Shown here in pieces: positions 1-46,074 of a DNA stretch of 64,000 nucleotides. Source of the DNA: Podarcis gaigeae (Eukaryota). The position numbers were made by a program, and so were the translations under genes. The notes below the pieces were generated by a model. It was not told where the DNA came from, searched no databases, and was given only the letters and a program-made list of their open reading frames with translations. Every line of letters starts with the position of its first letter. Positions within the stretch are counted from its first letter, which is position 1. Location of the stretch: assembly GCA_964106915.2 (NCBI GenBank), contig OZ066921.1; one strand, written 5' to 3'.

Positions 1-1032
1 ATTTCCAGCTCTTGAAGAGGGGCTTGGAAATCCCTCAGTCTTGATGAAATGGATAGATGCAGTCAGTGGTAGACCTTGGTGGCCTCTCGCCTTCAATTGG
101 ACATCATTGCTGAGGTTCCCCAAAAGCTCAGTGCCCAGTGCAACCGAACCAGTTGCGTTCCCCTAGATCCGCCTTGGATGAAGTTTGTCCTTTTTGAGAG
201 GAACAGCATGGCCTTTCAGCTGTATCCAGGATAGCCGGTTGTGGACACAACAGGTAAAGCAATCTTTCTCTTTCTCTGGAGGTCAGCTTGCTTTGCCTTG
301 GTCAGATTCCAACATTTTGGGCAGCACAATCCCATGCGTCAGGCAGCCAAGCCACAAGCCAGCAGCACTGAGATCTTTGGCAGACACCTTGGCAGTCTGA
401 GCTCTTAAATACTGTGATTGCTCGACAGCGTCTTGGGCAGTAATGATCTGTTATAATGAGCCGGCAGGCAGGAACGGGTCCCAGAGGCCGCACAGTGGCC
501 GCTGTTCCTTCTGAAAATGCCTGGGAGCACAGGGTGGGTCCATTGCTAATGGCAGAGTGCTAGAGCCCTGACAGAGGGGAGATTAAGATGGCAGATTGGA
601 GCTTGAAGGTGTTTCTGGGGCTTTGCCTCCCAAGTGTCATCTGATGCCAGAATGGGAAACTCATCTCAGGACTTTAGCAGGAAAGCAGCGAGTACAAATA
701 ATGCTCATTGAGGATGAGTGGCTCCATGGGGGATTAGCTCAGGCGGAAATAATAGGCCATATTTTATAAAGGAAATCTCTTTCTCACAGAGGTGCTTTTG
801 TGTGTGCACGTGCGTGTGCGTGCTGGGACCAGGGATACCATGAAGGTCTAAGACAATGTGACTAACCAGTAGCCCTCTAGATGTTGTAGGACTCCCAGTT
901 CCCAGCAGCCAGCATGGCTAGTGGTCGGGGTGATGGCAGCCCCTGATGTTCCCAGCCTTTCCTTCAGGCCATGGTAGTTCTAAAAAGAGTCTCAGAGCAG
1001 TCTGACACCTTTACCCAAGACTGTCACAAATA

Positions 1033-1283
1033 CAGTCGTACCTTGGACCCCGAACGCCCTGGAACTCAAATGTTTTGGCTCCCGAACGCCGCAAACCTGG
1101 AAGTGATTGTTCTGGTTTACGAACATTTTTTGGAAACCTGAATGTCCAACAGGGCTTCCGCAGCTTCTGATTAGCTGCAGGCACTTCCTGCAGCCAATCA
1201 GAAGCCGCGATTTGGTTTTTGAATGTTTTGGAAGTCAAACAGACTTCCGGAACTGATTCCATTCGACTTCCAAGGTACGGCTC
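1033..1283. mobile_element. Non-autonomous Tc1/mariner-type (Tigger-like) MITE
   Basis: TA flanks; imperfect TIR CAGTCGTACCTTGG / CCAAGGTACGGCTC; internal hairpin at about 1160-1210. Confidence 0.8.
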
Positions 1284-1479
1284 TAGATAAATACATCAGA
1301 ATTCTGAGCAAAGAAATGAGCTTTCAGTTATGGAAATCTGCATAGGTCCTAGCTTGTCCAGGTTTATCACACCTCTGCTAGCTCTCATTGCCCATGCACT
1401 TCCAAGCCCATTTCTATATCTATAACCTTTATGTTCATTTCTCAAGGGTTATTGCAGAGAGCAGTGCCTCTCAAGGTGA

Positions 1480-34222
<32,743 letters not shown>

Positions 34223-34538
34223 GGAAGCACAAGTGCCAGTGGATCAGAGGACTCCTGCTACTGTGCGGCACAACCTCAGAACTGTACCAGGGTCCCTCAG
34301 GGAAGTGGGGTTTGGGAGCCGAGCAGCTGGGCTCTTGAACCCCTGTGGCCTCAGAAGTGCTAGTCTGCAATGAGGGAGTGGCTGGTCCTTGAGCTGTGGC
34401 TCCTGAGAGCAGACTGGGCCATTGCCTGCCTAGAACATTGCTCCCACGGGCAGATTTTGCAGAAATTTGACACTTATTGAAGGGTGTCCCTTAGGAGGGA
34501 AGGACTGTCTTGGGGCTTCTGCTGGGATCAGTCAATGC

Positions 34539-34544
34539 AATAAA
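34539..34544 (+). terminator. Candidate TANGO6 polyadenylation signal (AATAAA); alternatives at 35266 and 35863
   Basis: first AATAAA seen downstream of the stop codon; usage not demonstrable from sequence. Confidence 0.45.
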
Positions 34545-35685
34545 TTTAATAGGGGAAAACTTTCTTGTGTGGAAAGTATGCATGCCTTCATAGACCAGGG
34601 TCACATACCCCACCTGACTGGTAGCAGATGGTGTCCAGTGGAGAGGGAGTCAAATTTAGAGCAGGTATAAGAGGAGTAGCTATGATCATGAATCACAGAG
34701 TCCCTGGCTGTAATCCCTGGTTGGCTGTGAAGTCACCAGCTGGCCCTACGTGAACTCCTGCCTTGTATCCTCTTCCTTGCTTTTTATGGGATGTTTCTTA
34801 TTTGCATGAAATGAAGCTGAAGTGTGGTCCCGTCCTTCACAGGCCCTTGACTGGGGCATTCCATTCTGCCTTTTGCTTTTTGTTTTGGACTGGACTGTAA
34901 ATGAAGCAGAGGAAAATTTGTCTAGATTTCTTTTTAAAAAAAATCCTGCATGACTCAGTTATAGGAAGTCAGCTCAACGAGTTTACACCTAATTGTACTT
35001 TGGAAATTCTGTAAAAAATGTATTTTAAAGAAATAACAGGAGGGGAACAAGTTCACACCTCAGAATGGCATGATGGAGCTTGAACAGTCCTCAGCAATCC
35101 CTTCTGTGGTGGCTAGAAAGGGACACTCAAGGCCACTGCTATGTTAGCTGTCTGATTAGTCCTCCCCAAAATCTTCACCTAGTGTAGCCTCGTAGCTTAG
35201 CTCTAACAACAAAAAGAGTCAGTCAAGGCAAAATCCAGTATGTCCACCTTTTCGGTACACAATACAATAAAAGGAAGGTATGGAATGGCAGCTGCTGGGC
35301 AAGGCCTTCCACCACTCCAACCCTTTTCTTGAGAACTAGAGTAAAAAAGGTGCCACAGAGCATTAAAGGGAAACACTTCTTCTAGTCATCTTATGCAACA
35401 ATGTTGACTGCTGCAATTGCATTCTTGACAACCTGGAAACGCTCACACCTACTTCATACAAATTGCTTTCATTGAAATACCCTGTTGTGTGTTGGAAACT
35501 TTGCTGATGCATTGAAATGCTTCTTCACGCTTGACTAATCCTAACACTCATCGGGAGTACTAGCAGCTGCATGAATAGTGTATAATCTGTGGGCATGGAG
35601 CCTTCCACCAGGGATTGCTAACCTGTGCCCCCCTCCCCAGATGTTCCTGAAGTCACATTGCCCCCAGCCAGCATGGCCAGCGATG

Positions 35686-35775
35686 ATGGATGTTATAGTC
35701 CCAACAACATCTGGAATGCCAAATACTTCATGGATGTTATAGTCCCAACAACATCTGGAATGCCAAATACTTCAT
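35686..35775. repeat. Perfect 44-bp tandem duplication at the end of a palindromic MITE
   Basis: ATGGATGTTATAGTCCCAACAACATCTGGAATGCCAAATACTTC occurs twice (35686, 35730). Confidence 0.95.
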
Positions 35776-38700
35776 ATCTTCAGCTCACACACACATAGGC
35801 AAAAAGCTTGCAGTCTGGGGCATGCAATGGAGAAAAGAGGAAGGAATGAAATAACACAGGCAAATAAAGTTGAATGTACTTAAGTTCCACTCTTGTTAGG
35901 TATGAGGATTAAAGGGCCAAGCTAAAGGGCATGAGGAATACCTGGCATGGGCCACTTGAAATGGAGAGAGTATGGCCTGGGAAAGAGGGATAAAATAACA
36001 CTTTGAGGCCAGTATCAGGATGTTCATAATCCCTTCCCCCAAACTATTTCTGCATAGATGACCTTTGGGATCATTTCCAACGCTACAATTCTATGATTCT
36101 GTGTTGGATTCACCGACTGAAGCTGATTCTGCAGTGGTTCTGTTGTGTTTTCCTTGGCCCTGAACAGTGTGTGAGAGTTTAGGACAGGACTGAGTGAGGA
36201 GCATCAGTCCACACCGTCCCTGGCCCCTCAACATCGCTTGCCATTGACCATGCTGGCTCGGGCTGTTGGGCATTGCAGTCCAGCAAGGAGGTGCACAGGT
36301 TTCCTGCTCCAGGTTTATAGAGAAGAAACCAGGTGAAGGGTTGCTTCTTTGGGGCATAATGGTACCAATGCCCATTATAGTGCTGCCCCGCCTTCATCTC
36401 CCCACTCCTGGCTTCCAAAGAATCAGCATCAATTTCCCTGTAAGGAGCAGCCCAATCCCTGAGCCCCTGCTCTCATCCCCTTCGTTTTTCTCCTCTGCAA
36501 GTCCTGCTGGAGGGTGTCTGCTTGTCCCCAGGTGACCCCTCAAGCAGTCTGTGAACGGAGTGTGTGCTAACATCCAGCAGGTGTCCATCAGGAAGGAAGG
36601 GGTGCTCCAAAGACCCACAGTGCTGGGTTGGGGGAGCAGGCGCAGAGGGGTGAAATCTGTCTGTTTTGCTGCCAAGAGGCTACCACAGCTTCTGGTAAAG
36701 AGGTTGCTTTCTATGGGGCGTCATGGATATGCTGGGAGCTCAGGTTGTGCCACCAGCACTTCTGCTGGCAGTTGTTATGTGACTCTTCCGCAGCCTGCAA
36801 GGAACCAGCACACTGCAGGGAGAAGAACCAGCAGCTGATGGCTAACACACACAAAAAAGGAGAGAAAGGGGGGTGGGGGAAAGCGAACTGAAGACAATTG
36901 TTCTTCCCAAGTTCCTGGATCACGCAAGGAAAGCCGTCCCTGAGAATAGCAACCCTGGTGAAGCTATTTCTGCAGCCAGGGGGTGTTTAGAGAGATGGTT
37001 TTTATAGACTCCAGGAATAGCTATACAGTCTGTGCGTTGGAGGAAAGGGGGGTTGGGGGGGGGGAAGCAGCCGCTCAGAAACTGTCATTGTCCTTGCAGG
37101 GGGAGTGCCGGGTTGCTGCAGGTTCCACTCCCTGGGGTAGGCGGTTTCTGTGCCCTTCTCTGTCCCAGGGCAGGGGGCTGCAGTCCCCGGAGTCCCTTAA
37201 AGGGTTCAGCCTTGCCTAGGTAGAAGGTTGACTGTTTGGGTTTTTTCCCCCTTTCTTTTTTGGTACCTTCCTGCCCTGGGATGATTTTGCCTGGGCTCTG
37301 GCTCCTCCGCCCCTCCACGCTTGCTCCAGCCAAAGGTTATTGAATGAAAAGTCTCTTTTCTTCTTGGCTGCAATTCCGCCTCTGCAAACAAGGCGATTCC
37401 TGTGCAGGAGGGGGTGGGAAGCTGCTTCTCTACCTTGGAAAAGCAGGGTTTTTCCCCCCCTTCTCCCGAAGAGGCACAGAACCCTGAGCGAGAAGCCGTG
37501 CCTGGGAGCTGCCTTTGCATCGAAAGGTAAGATGTTGCAATGCTGGCGGTTCCACAATGGAGTGGGTTTGAAAGGCAGCACCTGCTGATACGGTCCTGGG
37601 CGGAGGGTGTGCATCTTGCCTGTGGTCCCCAACGGGCACTCTTGTCCCTGCTCCAGCCTCAGCCAGGCACCTGTGGTTTGCCATGGGGCAATTCCTGCTG
37701 CAGCTGGTCTAGCAAAGAGGAGAGGAAACCTTAAGCTCACAGCAGTCCTTTCTCTGCTCCCTCATTGTCCTTTAGATACTGGACCCCGGCAACTCGTGGG
37801 AGGGGGCCAAGGGGGTGTGCCTTGCAGCTGCGGCATGCCAAAAGGGACCCTCTTATAAGTGTCATTTCTGCTGAGGGTGTCCCCCAAAGGGACCCCTTTC
37901 GCAGTATCGCTCCTGGCCATTGTGCGCTTGACCCTTTGGGTGCTCTCTGAGTGCCTCCGCTGGATCCAGGGTGGCACACACTGAAACTCAGCCCCAGGCA
38001 CTGCCTTCAGTTCCTGAAAAGGTGCAAGTGAGCTTGTATTAATCCTTTTGCATAAAGTGTGGTCCTCTTTTCGAGACTGTCTCTGAATGACAAGTGGGAG
38101 GCGGTGAGCAGGCAGGGAAGAAATGGATCTGGATGCCTGGCTCTTCGATGGGCTCATTGCGTGGCCTTGGGCAAACTGTCGTCTGGTGGGACTTGCTTGT
38201 TCATCTGTAAAATGGGCATCACAGTGATCTTGTGGGGTGGCTGTAAGGGAAAGCAGCATAACAATTGTAAGCATCTTGCGCTGTTTTTAACAACACGTAA
38301 ATCATTTCACTAACTGACTGGCTAGTGGGTTGCAGGGTGCCTCTGGAACAGTTGTGTCTGTTCGGGTGGGATAGCATCAACTGGGTGCTTCTGAGCAACC
38401 TAGTTGCGTGTTGCGGCTCCACAGTAAACCAGAAGGCCTAAAGAAGGCTTATGGGCATTATTTGTAACTTTTGGGATCAGAAGGCCTTTTCTAACTTTTG
38501 TTGCTTTTGAACCTAAATGGCTCGCTGTTTAGACAAGTTCACTGAGACTGTGTGGAGGGTGAAGGAAAGGCCTAGATGAGCACTGGGGAGAGGGGGGATC
38601 AGGAAGGCCCCGGAGGAAAAGTAGCTCCTCAAACTGTCAGCCTCTCAAAGGCCCCCTATTTTAAAATAACACTTGCTTTGGACGGTGGAAGGTATTGAAA

Positions 38701-40116
38701 GGGATGCTTGTGAGGCTTGGCAAGGGAAAGGAAATGAAGGACAGGCCTACTTTTCCAACCAGCCTCGCCCAAGGAAGCTGAAGGTCCAAGAGGGTTTTGT
38801 GCTGCAAAGAGATTTGGAGGCCTCTTGAGAAGCACCCTTGCGAAACTTAAAAATCACTCCCAGGATTCTTTGGGGGGGGGAGTCATGGGACTTGCCCTGT
38901 GTTTGCTTTTGCTTGTGGGCACAGCTGTGGGGTCTAAAGAGATTTCTGAGAGCGAGGCAAGGCTCAGCTCTGGCCTCTCTCCTGAAAGCCCTGCAGTTTG
39001 CCCCCTCCCATCTGATGTTCCTCAGCCCCTGGCAGTGCCCACCCCTTGCCTCATGTTCCCCTCCCAGAGACAGGCTTTCTGGGGCAGGACCAGACCAGGG
39101 AGCTTCCACCTCTCTGGCATTTTACACCAAGAGCTTTAGAAGCCAGGCCAGCCATTTCCTAACTGTGAGCTTTTAAAACCTATTTTACTTTCTTTTTTGT
39201 GTGTGCCTGGACTTGGGGGGGGGGGGTATTTTAGGAAGGGGTTAGGAGACCATAAACCACCAGAGTTGAAAAACCTTCCTGGGCCTGTTGAGAAACCAAA
39301 AGCCAGACGGAGGTCAAAGCAGAGGTGGAGAAAATTGCTCAAGGTATCCTAAATTTTCTGTTCTGGTGCTTCAGTTGGGCCTATCATAGAGTGAACCAGG
39401 GAACTGGGGATAGTTGTGGTGGAATCCTTTCCCTTGTGTAAGATTCAGAGGTCCCCTAATAGACCCACCTTTCTGAAGCATTAGAGACAGTCAAGGCAGG
39501 CACAGCATGTTGGGTGGTGTAGAGTTGTGATCCATTCATGCTCTTTTTAATGACATGGTGGCTAGGATTTTGCTCCTGCCTATGGCTTCAGGGATCTCTG
39601 TATTCAGGGCTAGGAACCTGTGATCCCAAGCTCAGGTTGCCTAGTGACTTTGGAAGTAGGGGATCAGGTCTGTACTTTCCCATGAAGTGTGTGCCTTGAT
39701 TTGAGCCCCCTGGAATTTGCCAGCATCTCCCTGACTTGTATATGTCCCTCTAGTGATCAGAGTTGCAGAGTCCAGATTCTGCAGTGTGTGCATATATGTG
39801 AATATGAAGATGAATGGAGGGGGGTTATCTGATGCAGTTAGGGGGTCTTTTGTTATTTTTCCAGCTCCATGATTTAAGCAAGGGATTAATGGACTCATAA
39901 GTCATGGTAGTTCCTTAAATATGCACCAAGTAAGGGTTGTTAGTTGTTTTATAGTAGTTTTTGTAAGAATAACAGGGTCATTAATGTTGAGCTAATCTCT
40001 GGCATGTGGATGTGTGTGTGGATGCGGAGAAGCCGTGAGGGTACTAAGCAGGCAGGTCAACTCTTAAGTTCTGCAATTGATAGGCTTGTGGTATAGTATA
40101 TGCAGAAATCCTAAAG

Positions 40117-40310
40117 CAGAGCTTTCCAAACTGTGTGTTGCAACATGTTAGTGTGTCAGCTGCAATGTGTAGGTGTGTCGTGCAAACACTCCCCGCGCTC
40201 CTCCTGGGGCTGGGAAAGGGGTTAGTTTAACCTCCAGTTTGCTATTAAAAGTGAATTACTGTGTCACGAAATAAAGCATGTCTAAAAAGTGAACAACCTG
40301 AAAAGCTCTG
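40117..40310. mobile_element. Non-autonomous hAT MITE
   Basis: TIR CAGAGCTTT / AAAGCTCTG; perfect 8-bp TSD TCCTAAAG (40109-40116, 40311-40318). Confidence 0.88.
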
Positions 40311-43300
40311 TCCTAAAGTCTTACATGCCAGTTTATCTTGACAACTAGATTTTTGAGTTCAAGGAAATTACAAAGGTACCTGGGCCACCGGCCATTTGCT
40401 GACTACAGAATTCTCTGGGCAAATTTCTTCTAGGAATAAACACACACACTTTCATCTCTCTCAGTTTTTACATGTTTTTGAAGAGGCCCTGGCAAAATAG
40501 TGCATCTCTATGACTTTCCTTCCCTCTTCAGTTCAGGACCAAATAAACCTTTTTGTTTGTTGTCAGAAAATAATGGATGCAGGACTCAGGTGCACCTGTC
40601 AGGGATCAAAGTGAATGCTACCCACCCACACAGTATTTCAGTTATTTGGGGAAAGATGAGAGGAGAGCTGAATGAAATCCATAATCTCGCTCTCCTGCTT
40701 CCCCATAATTTTTACCAAATCTTCCCTGCACCCTTGCCTCTTTGAAGAGTCTTCTAAAGAGACTAGCTGGGTGAGACATCACTCAAGGAAAGGGAGTCAT
40801 GGCCACTACAGACCCCCTCTAATTTGAGCACTGCACCCACCTGAGGTGGGTTGGATCCCATGATACAGAACTGATTATTTTACCTCCACTGTCTACCACA
40901 GTTGCCAATCGGTTTCTAAATGCAGGTGATTTTGTAGCCAGTTGTACTCATTTCGTTTACATTATCAGTTAAAGCAGCCCTCGCCAACCTGGGCCCTTTA
41001 TATGTTTTGTACTACAACTCCATCAACCTCAGCATCATTCAGGGGTGCTGGCTAAGGCCAATGGGAAGTTGTAGTTCAAAGCATCAGAAGGACTCCAGGC
41101 TAGCAAAGGCTGTGCTGGTCCATTACGTATGTTCAGCAGATCGACTTCCCAAATATACATGTGATAGCCTGACCTGAAAGAGGGAGAGAAAATCCAGTTT
41201 GCAAAAGATTCCTTGCCTGGAGGTAATTCACTTGCCACCGGTGGCCAGGATAGTGGCTGTTTACAAGGCTAAATTAAGTTGCTAAAATTAGCAGCAGAGG
41301 AATGATCTGAATAGTAACAATTGGCTATGAAGTGAATGTTTGGGTATCATGAACAATAACTCAAGGGGAAGAAGATTTAAGATCACTCAACGGTATTGCT
41401 AATGAAGAGTGCACTTAAGCCAACTCTTTAACTTGGACACACCTTGGGGAGTCCATTCTGCGTTAGTTAATGCAGCAGCTAAACTAGGCAAAGTGGCTAT
41501 TCTGTGACTTCCAGATGTTACTGGACTCCCATCATCCCTGATTATTAGCCATGTTTTCTGGGGCTGTTTGGAATTGGAATCTAACAATATTGGGAGCGGG
41601 GGAACAGATTAGCCTTTCCTGGGGTAAAAGGGTTATTTGCTGTTAGGAAAAATCCAGAATTCTAATAAAGTACTTCATTGCTTGATTGGATTTTGGAATT
41701 CTCTTTTCTACAGAATCCTTCCACTGTAGTGTTACTGATGTTCTAATTATTGTAATTTCCTTGGAAATCTCTGCAAACACCCAACCCTTTTTGCTAAGTT
41801 TAACTTAACAAAAAAGAAGGGTATTATATTTCACATGCATCTGAAGGCAAGGAGGTGTGAGATTTGTGTGTGTGCGTGTGCGTGTGCGTTGAGGTGACAG
41901 GCAAGTGACAACAAGATTCTCTTAAGAAACAGACTTGTGTGTGATTCCTTAGTTCTCATCTGTGCTCTTGCCTACAAAGACTCTTGATAAAGTTATTATC
42001 CTCATTGAGGATTGTGTGCACAATCAAGTTTGGCAGGCCATACCCAGCGCTCTCTCTCTCTACTATAAGTGGCTTCACTGTAACTCACACAAGAACAAAA
42101 TGATCATAGATATCACCCAAAACTAAAAATGCTTTAGAACACCCATCTATCTGAGCATCTCATTTTCCACAGTGGCCAAACAGATGCTTCAGTGGGAAGC
42201 TCACGAGTAGGATATGGGGACCTCTTAGCGCATGTTCCTCAACTCCTGCTTCTGATACTGCAGGTAGCATACTGGCATCCTGGCTAGCAGCCACTGACAG
42301 CATCACCCTCTTTATCCTTCCCTTTAGCTACTCCCAGTACCCTTAATCTCCCCACTTTTAAAGCCATCTAAGGTTGTGTATACATCACCAACTTGAAATG
42401 CAGCCAGGCTGTTATTTTTCTCAATGTGGATCGAAGGTGGTTTGGGGGGAAATGCATCAGAATGCAGTATTTCCTAAGAAACAACAGGATAGATATGGAT
42501 TGTGGCTAACTTGGTGTATATACCACTTCCCACATCAGCAGGGTGGGAGTGCATTGGATGCACAGCAAATGGAAGTGTGTACACAGCCTAAGCTAAGCTG
42601 GTGTTTTTCATTACATCTTTGCTAACTCTATCCTTTGTCAAGAGGCTGTAGAAAAATATATTTGTGATAAAGGTAGGGGAGTTCTTAGGTCTTCTTCTTA
42701 ATATTTTTAGATGTTCTGACTCTACTCAGCCAGAGACACTGAAAAAAGAGCAGATAAAAAGGTGATTCTCATTTGTATAATGAGTAGGACTGTTTGTTGA
42801 TTTCTTGTTTGGATTTAGTTGGTTAAATTTGCATAAGTAAAAAACAATAATTTTGAAGCAAATGGCTTACTTTGTTTTTAGACAATGGATGTACATGTTT
42901 CACAGCAGATCTTCTCTAGGAAAATTCATTTCATCTGTTAGGAAGAAGGGAGAATGTACCTTATAATATTGTGCTTAGCCACTTGCACTTGTTACAAATC
43001 TTTGCATTGGAAATTATATATATTGAAATAAATATAAATGCTTCCTGATTTATTGAGGGCAGCTTCATAGTGAATTAAAAGCTTTTTTAATTGATTAATC
43101 AATGAAACGTTGCAGTCCCTAATACTGACTGGCAGAAAAAAGACTGGGTACGCTGTGATGGGAGTTCTTTGTTGCAGCTCCTTCGGGAGAGCAACAAAAC
43201 TGACAAGAGACTTTTGTGGCACCTTAAAGGCTAACAGATTTAGGATGGCAGGAGCTCTTGTGGACTGTTTCATCCAATGTACAAAGGATGCTTCTAATTA

Positions 43301-43929
43301 TTGGGACCTAATCCGATGCAGTGGATTTCAGGCCAGGAAGGCTATTGCCGGAATAAATCTTTAGGGTACCCCATGATTCTGGTTTTGAGGCTTTCCCCCC
43401 TCTCCCTGGTCCTCAGACTTGCTGTGCTGCTTCTCTGATGCCAGGGGCCACCAGCAAGGGCAGCTGAGTTGCCTCAGTGGAAATCTCATCTTTTATTCAG
43501 GTCCCTGCATGGAAAATAAGTGTGTGTGCAAGAACCTGAGCCTCCATCAGTCTGCATGTGGAGGAACCTTTCAATCCTCCTCACTGTTGCCTTCGCCTGG
43601 CTGCTGCCCTCCAGATGTCTTGGAGTTCAAAGCTCCTGGAGGGCACAGGGCTGTTGAAGGCTGAGAAAGAAAGAGGGTGGCTTGGCAGTGTCCTACGACG
43701 AAAGGGACAGGATTCCACCCCGCTTTGGTCTTTAGGCTGCAATGAACCTCCACATGCTGGGCACAAGCACCATGCGAGCTAGGGGTGGGGAGTAACTTCT
43801 GCGTTAGTGTACCCTTCAAGGAGGTACCGTATCTCTCCAGATGTATGGCTAGCAACTTCCAGCCTGCGCGGTTGGAGGTGACTTTTGGGGGATGTATTCA
43901 CGAGTGTTTTAATTCACTCACTCACATTC

Positions 43930-45320
43930 ACACACCCCGTCTTGAGCCGGTCCCCCCCTTCCGCCAGCCGGCTCCCAACCGACCCTTGGCATTGGACGTG
44001 ACATGACCAGAGTTGGGGGCTTCGCATGGAAGGCTACCCAGCCCCCAGCCCCACTCTGCCTTTCCTTTTGCGACCTTTCTTTCAGTCCCGACCTGACTCC
44101 GCTTGTGCAGCCTCTGAGTGGGGCAGGCGTGGGCTCCGTCGGGGCTCGAGCGGGGCGGCGGCGCGTGGGTGGCACCTCGGGAGGGGGGCAGGCCTGCTTC
44201 TGCCCCTTGCGCGCTCCTCCCCCGCCCCGTCGAGGATGGGGTTGGGCTGGGCGCCTCCCTCCTCATCAAAAGCGCCGCGCCAAGCTGAGCAGGCGGGAGC
44301 GGCCGGGGGGAAGCCGCGGCACGGTGAGTCCGAGGTCCCTGGCAGGGGTGCGGGAGGGCGATGGCCGTCCAGCCCTTGGCAAAGACACGTGCCACACCCG
44401 ATTCCCCGAGGCGCAGGAGCCGCATGTGCTGGTTCGGGCTGGTGGAGTGGGGAAGCGCTCTGCACATGCTCCGCGGTGGGCTCGCTTTCGCTCCAAAGCC
44501 AAACCTGGGGAGGGGAGGAGGACACTGTTCTCTGGACCAAGGTCTCAGCCTTTCAGGCTGGCCCTGGACAGGGACAAGGCTTTCTCATCTGCTTTCCCGC
44601 TTCGGGACGGGCTGAGCTGGGCTCCGGGGAGCCTCAGCCTCTCCCACAGGGCTTGCGTCCTGCGAGGCTCGGTTCGGGGCCACCATCACCGCCCTCTCTG
44701 CCTTTGTCCGAAGAGGCGCCCCCCCCCAAAAAAAAATCCTACCCGCCCGCTGCGAAGAGCCCATCTCTGTGCCGGGTCTGCCCGCTCCCGCCGGCCTGGT
44801 TTCCGCTCCTACGGAGACTGGGCGATGCAAATGAACCATTTCTCTCTCTTTCCCCAAGACCAGGCATGCATGGTGAGGAAGAATAAGGGGGCTTCCGCGG
44901 GGACTTAGCGGCATGGGGGAAAGAGGGTGTTGTGGGGTTGCGCCCTGTACGCCCCCCCCCCAACTTATGGGGCTGCGAGTCCACCGGGACACCAAAGGCG
45001 CCCCGGGTGCATTTGCCCTCCTTGCTCTCATGCGCGCACAGCAGGTCAGGCTGTGGAAGTGCAGGGCCGCTGACTAGCCGGGCAGGATTAGGCGCGCTTT
45101 GCAGTTGCGGACACGAGGTTCTCGGAGTCGATTGCTGGTGAGGTTCCGCGGCAAGAAGGCGCAGCTACAGCCTGGCCCAGCGGCGCTCTACTGCAGCCCC
45201 GCGCTCCTGGCGCCCTCCAAATGTTCCTGGACTACAACTCCCAACAGCCCAGCGTGGCCCGGCCTCAGGGATGATGAGAATTGGAGTCAAAGAAGACCTA
45301 GCGGGCCACAGACTTCCTGC
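43930..45320 (+). promoter_or_regulatory. HAS3 CpG-island promoter with probable non-coding exon 1 (donor ACG|GTGAGT after 44323)
   Basis: High CpG density; inverted CCAAT (ATTGG, 43991) next to ACGTGAC; GC boxes; consensus donor at 44324; the HAS3 ATG exon begins at an acceptor, so a 5' non-coding exon is required. Confidence 0.75.
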
Positions 45321-45669
45321 TGCATCCAGAGTATCAGAGGGGGGCAGATGTATTAACATGTGGCTCTCCTACCACTGCCATCAACTGCAACAGCTTTTCA
45401 TCCAGTCCTGGGGGGGGGGGGGGGACTGAAAATGCCTGAGCCAGAGTAGCTGAAAGCAGAACTGTCTGTTTCCTACAGTGCTATAGTTTTGTTTGATTGC
45501 CTATTTGCATCTTTTGTTTGAAGTATTGTTCCACAGTTATTTTTATTGCTGTTTTTAGTGCACTAATTGTAAACTGCCCTGGGATCCTGCCAGATTAAAG
45601 GCTGGGTAAAAACACAACCTGTCAGGTGCCCTCCGACTGTCGGTCATAGTTCTAATGCAGAAATGCTGC

Positions 45670-45830
45670 AGCATTGTGGTAGAGCATCTGCTTTGCATGC
45701 AGAAGGTCCCCTGTTCATCCCCATGTGGACCTGGGAGTGCCCCTAGCCTCAAACCCTGGAGAGCCACTGCCAGTCAGGGTTGACAGTGCTGAACTAGATG
45801 GGTCAATAATTGCCCCACTCTGTATAGGAC
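45670..45830 (+). mobile_element. tRNA-derived SINE (Squam3-like) in HAS3 intron 1
   Basis: family head and body. Confidence 0.75.
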
Positions 45831-46074
45831 ACCTTGCCTTTCTCTATTCTTGCTCTGAGTTGTAATGCAATAAGATCTGAAAAGCAGGGGCACCCCTCCA
45901 GAAGTTGTTATGCTTCAACTCCGGTCACCACTGCTCATGCTGACTGGGGCTGATGGGATTTGGAGTCCAACACCCTCTGAAGGTACACCGCCACCGCCGC
46001 TAAGGAGTCAGGGAGGGCTCTTGCGTCTGTTGCTGTGGCCACAGTCTAACCGGGCCTCTCTGCCTCCTCTCCAG

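Noticed and set aside
1-260. Possible upstream TANGO6 exon ending at CAG|GTAAAG (about 253)
   Set aside because: The frames I translated do not resemble the expected preceding TANGO6 sequence and contain stops; treated as intron.
43918-45031. Long overlapping ORFs (301 aa at 44003-44908, 286 aa at 44026-44886, plus antisense ORFs)
   Set aside because: They lie in the GC-rich HAS3 CpG island where stop codons are scarce; Arg/Pro/Gly-biased, no recognisable domain.
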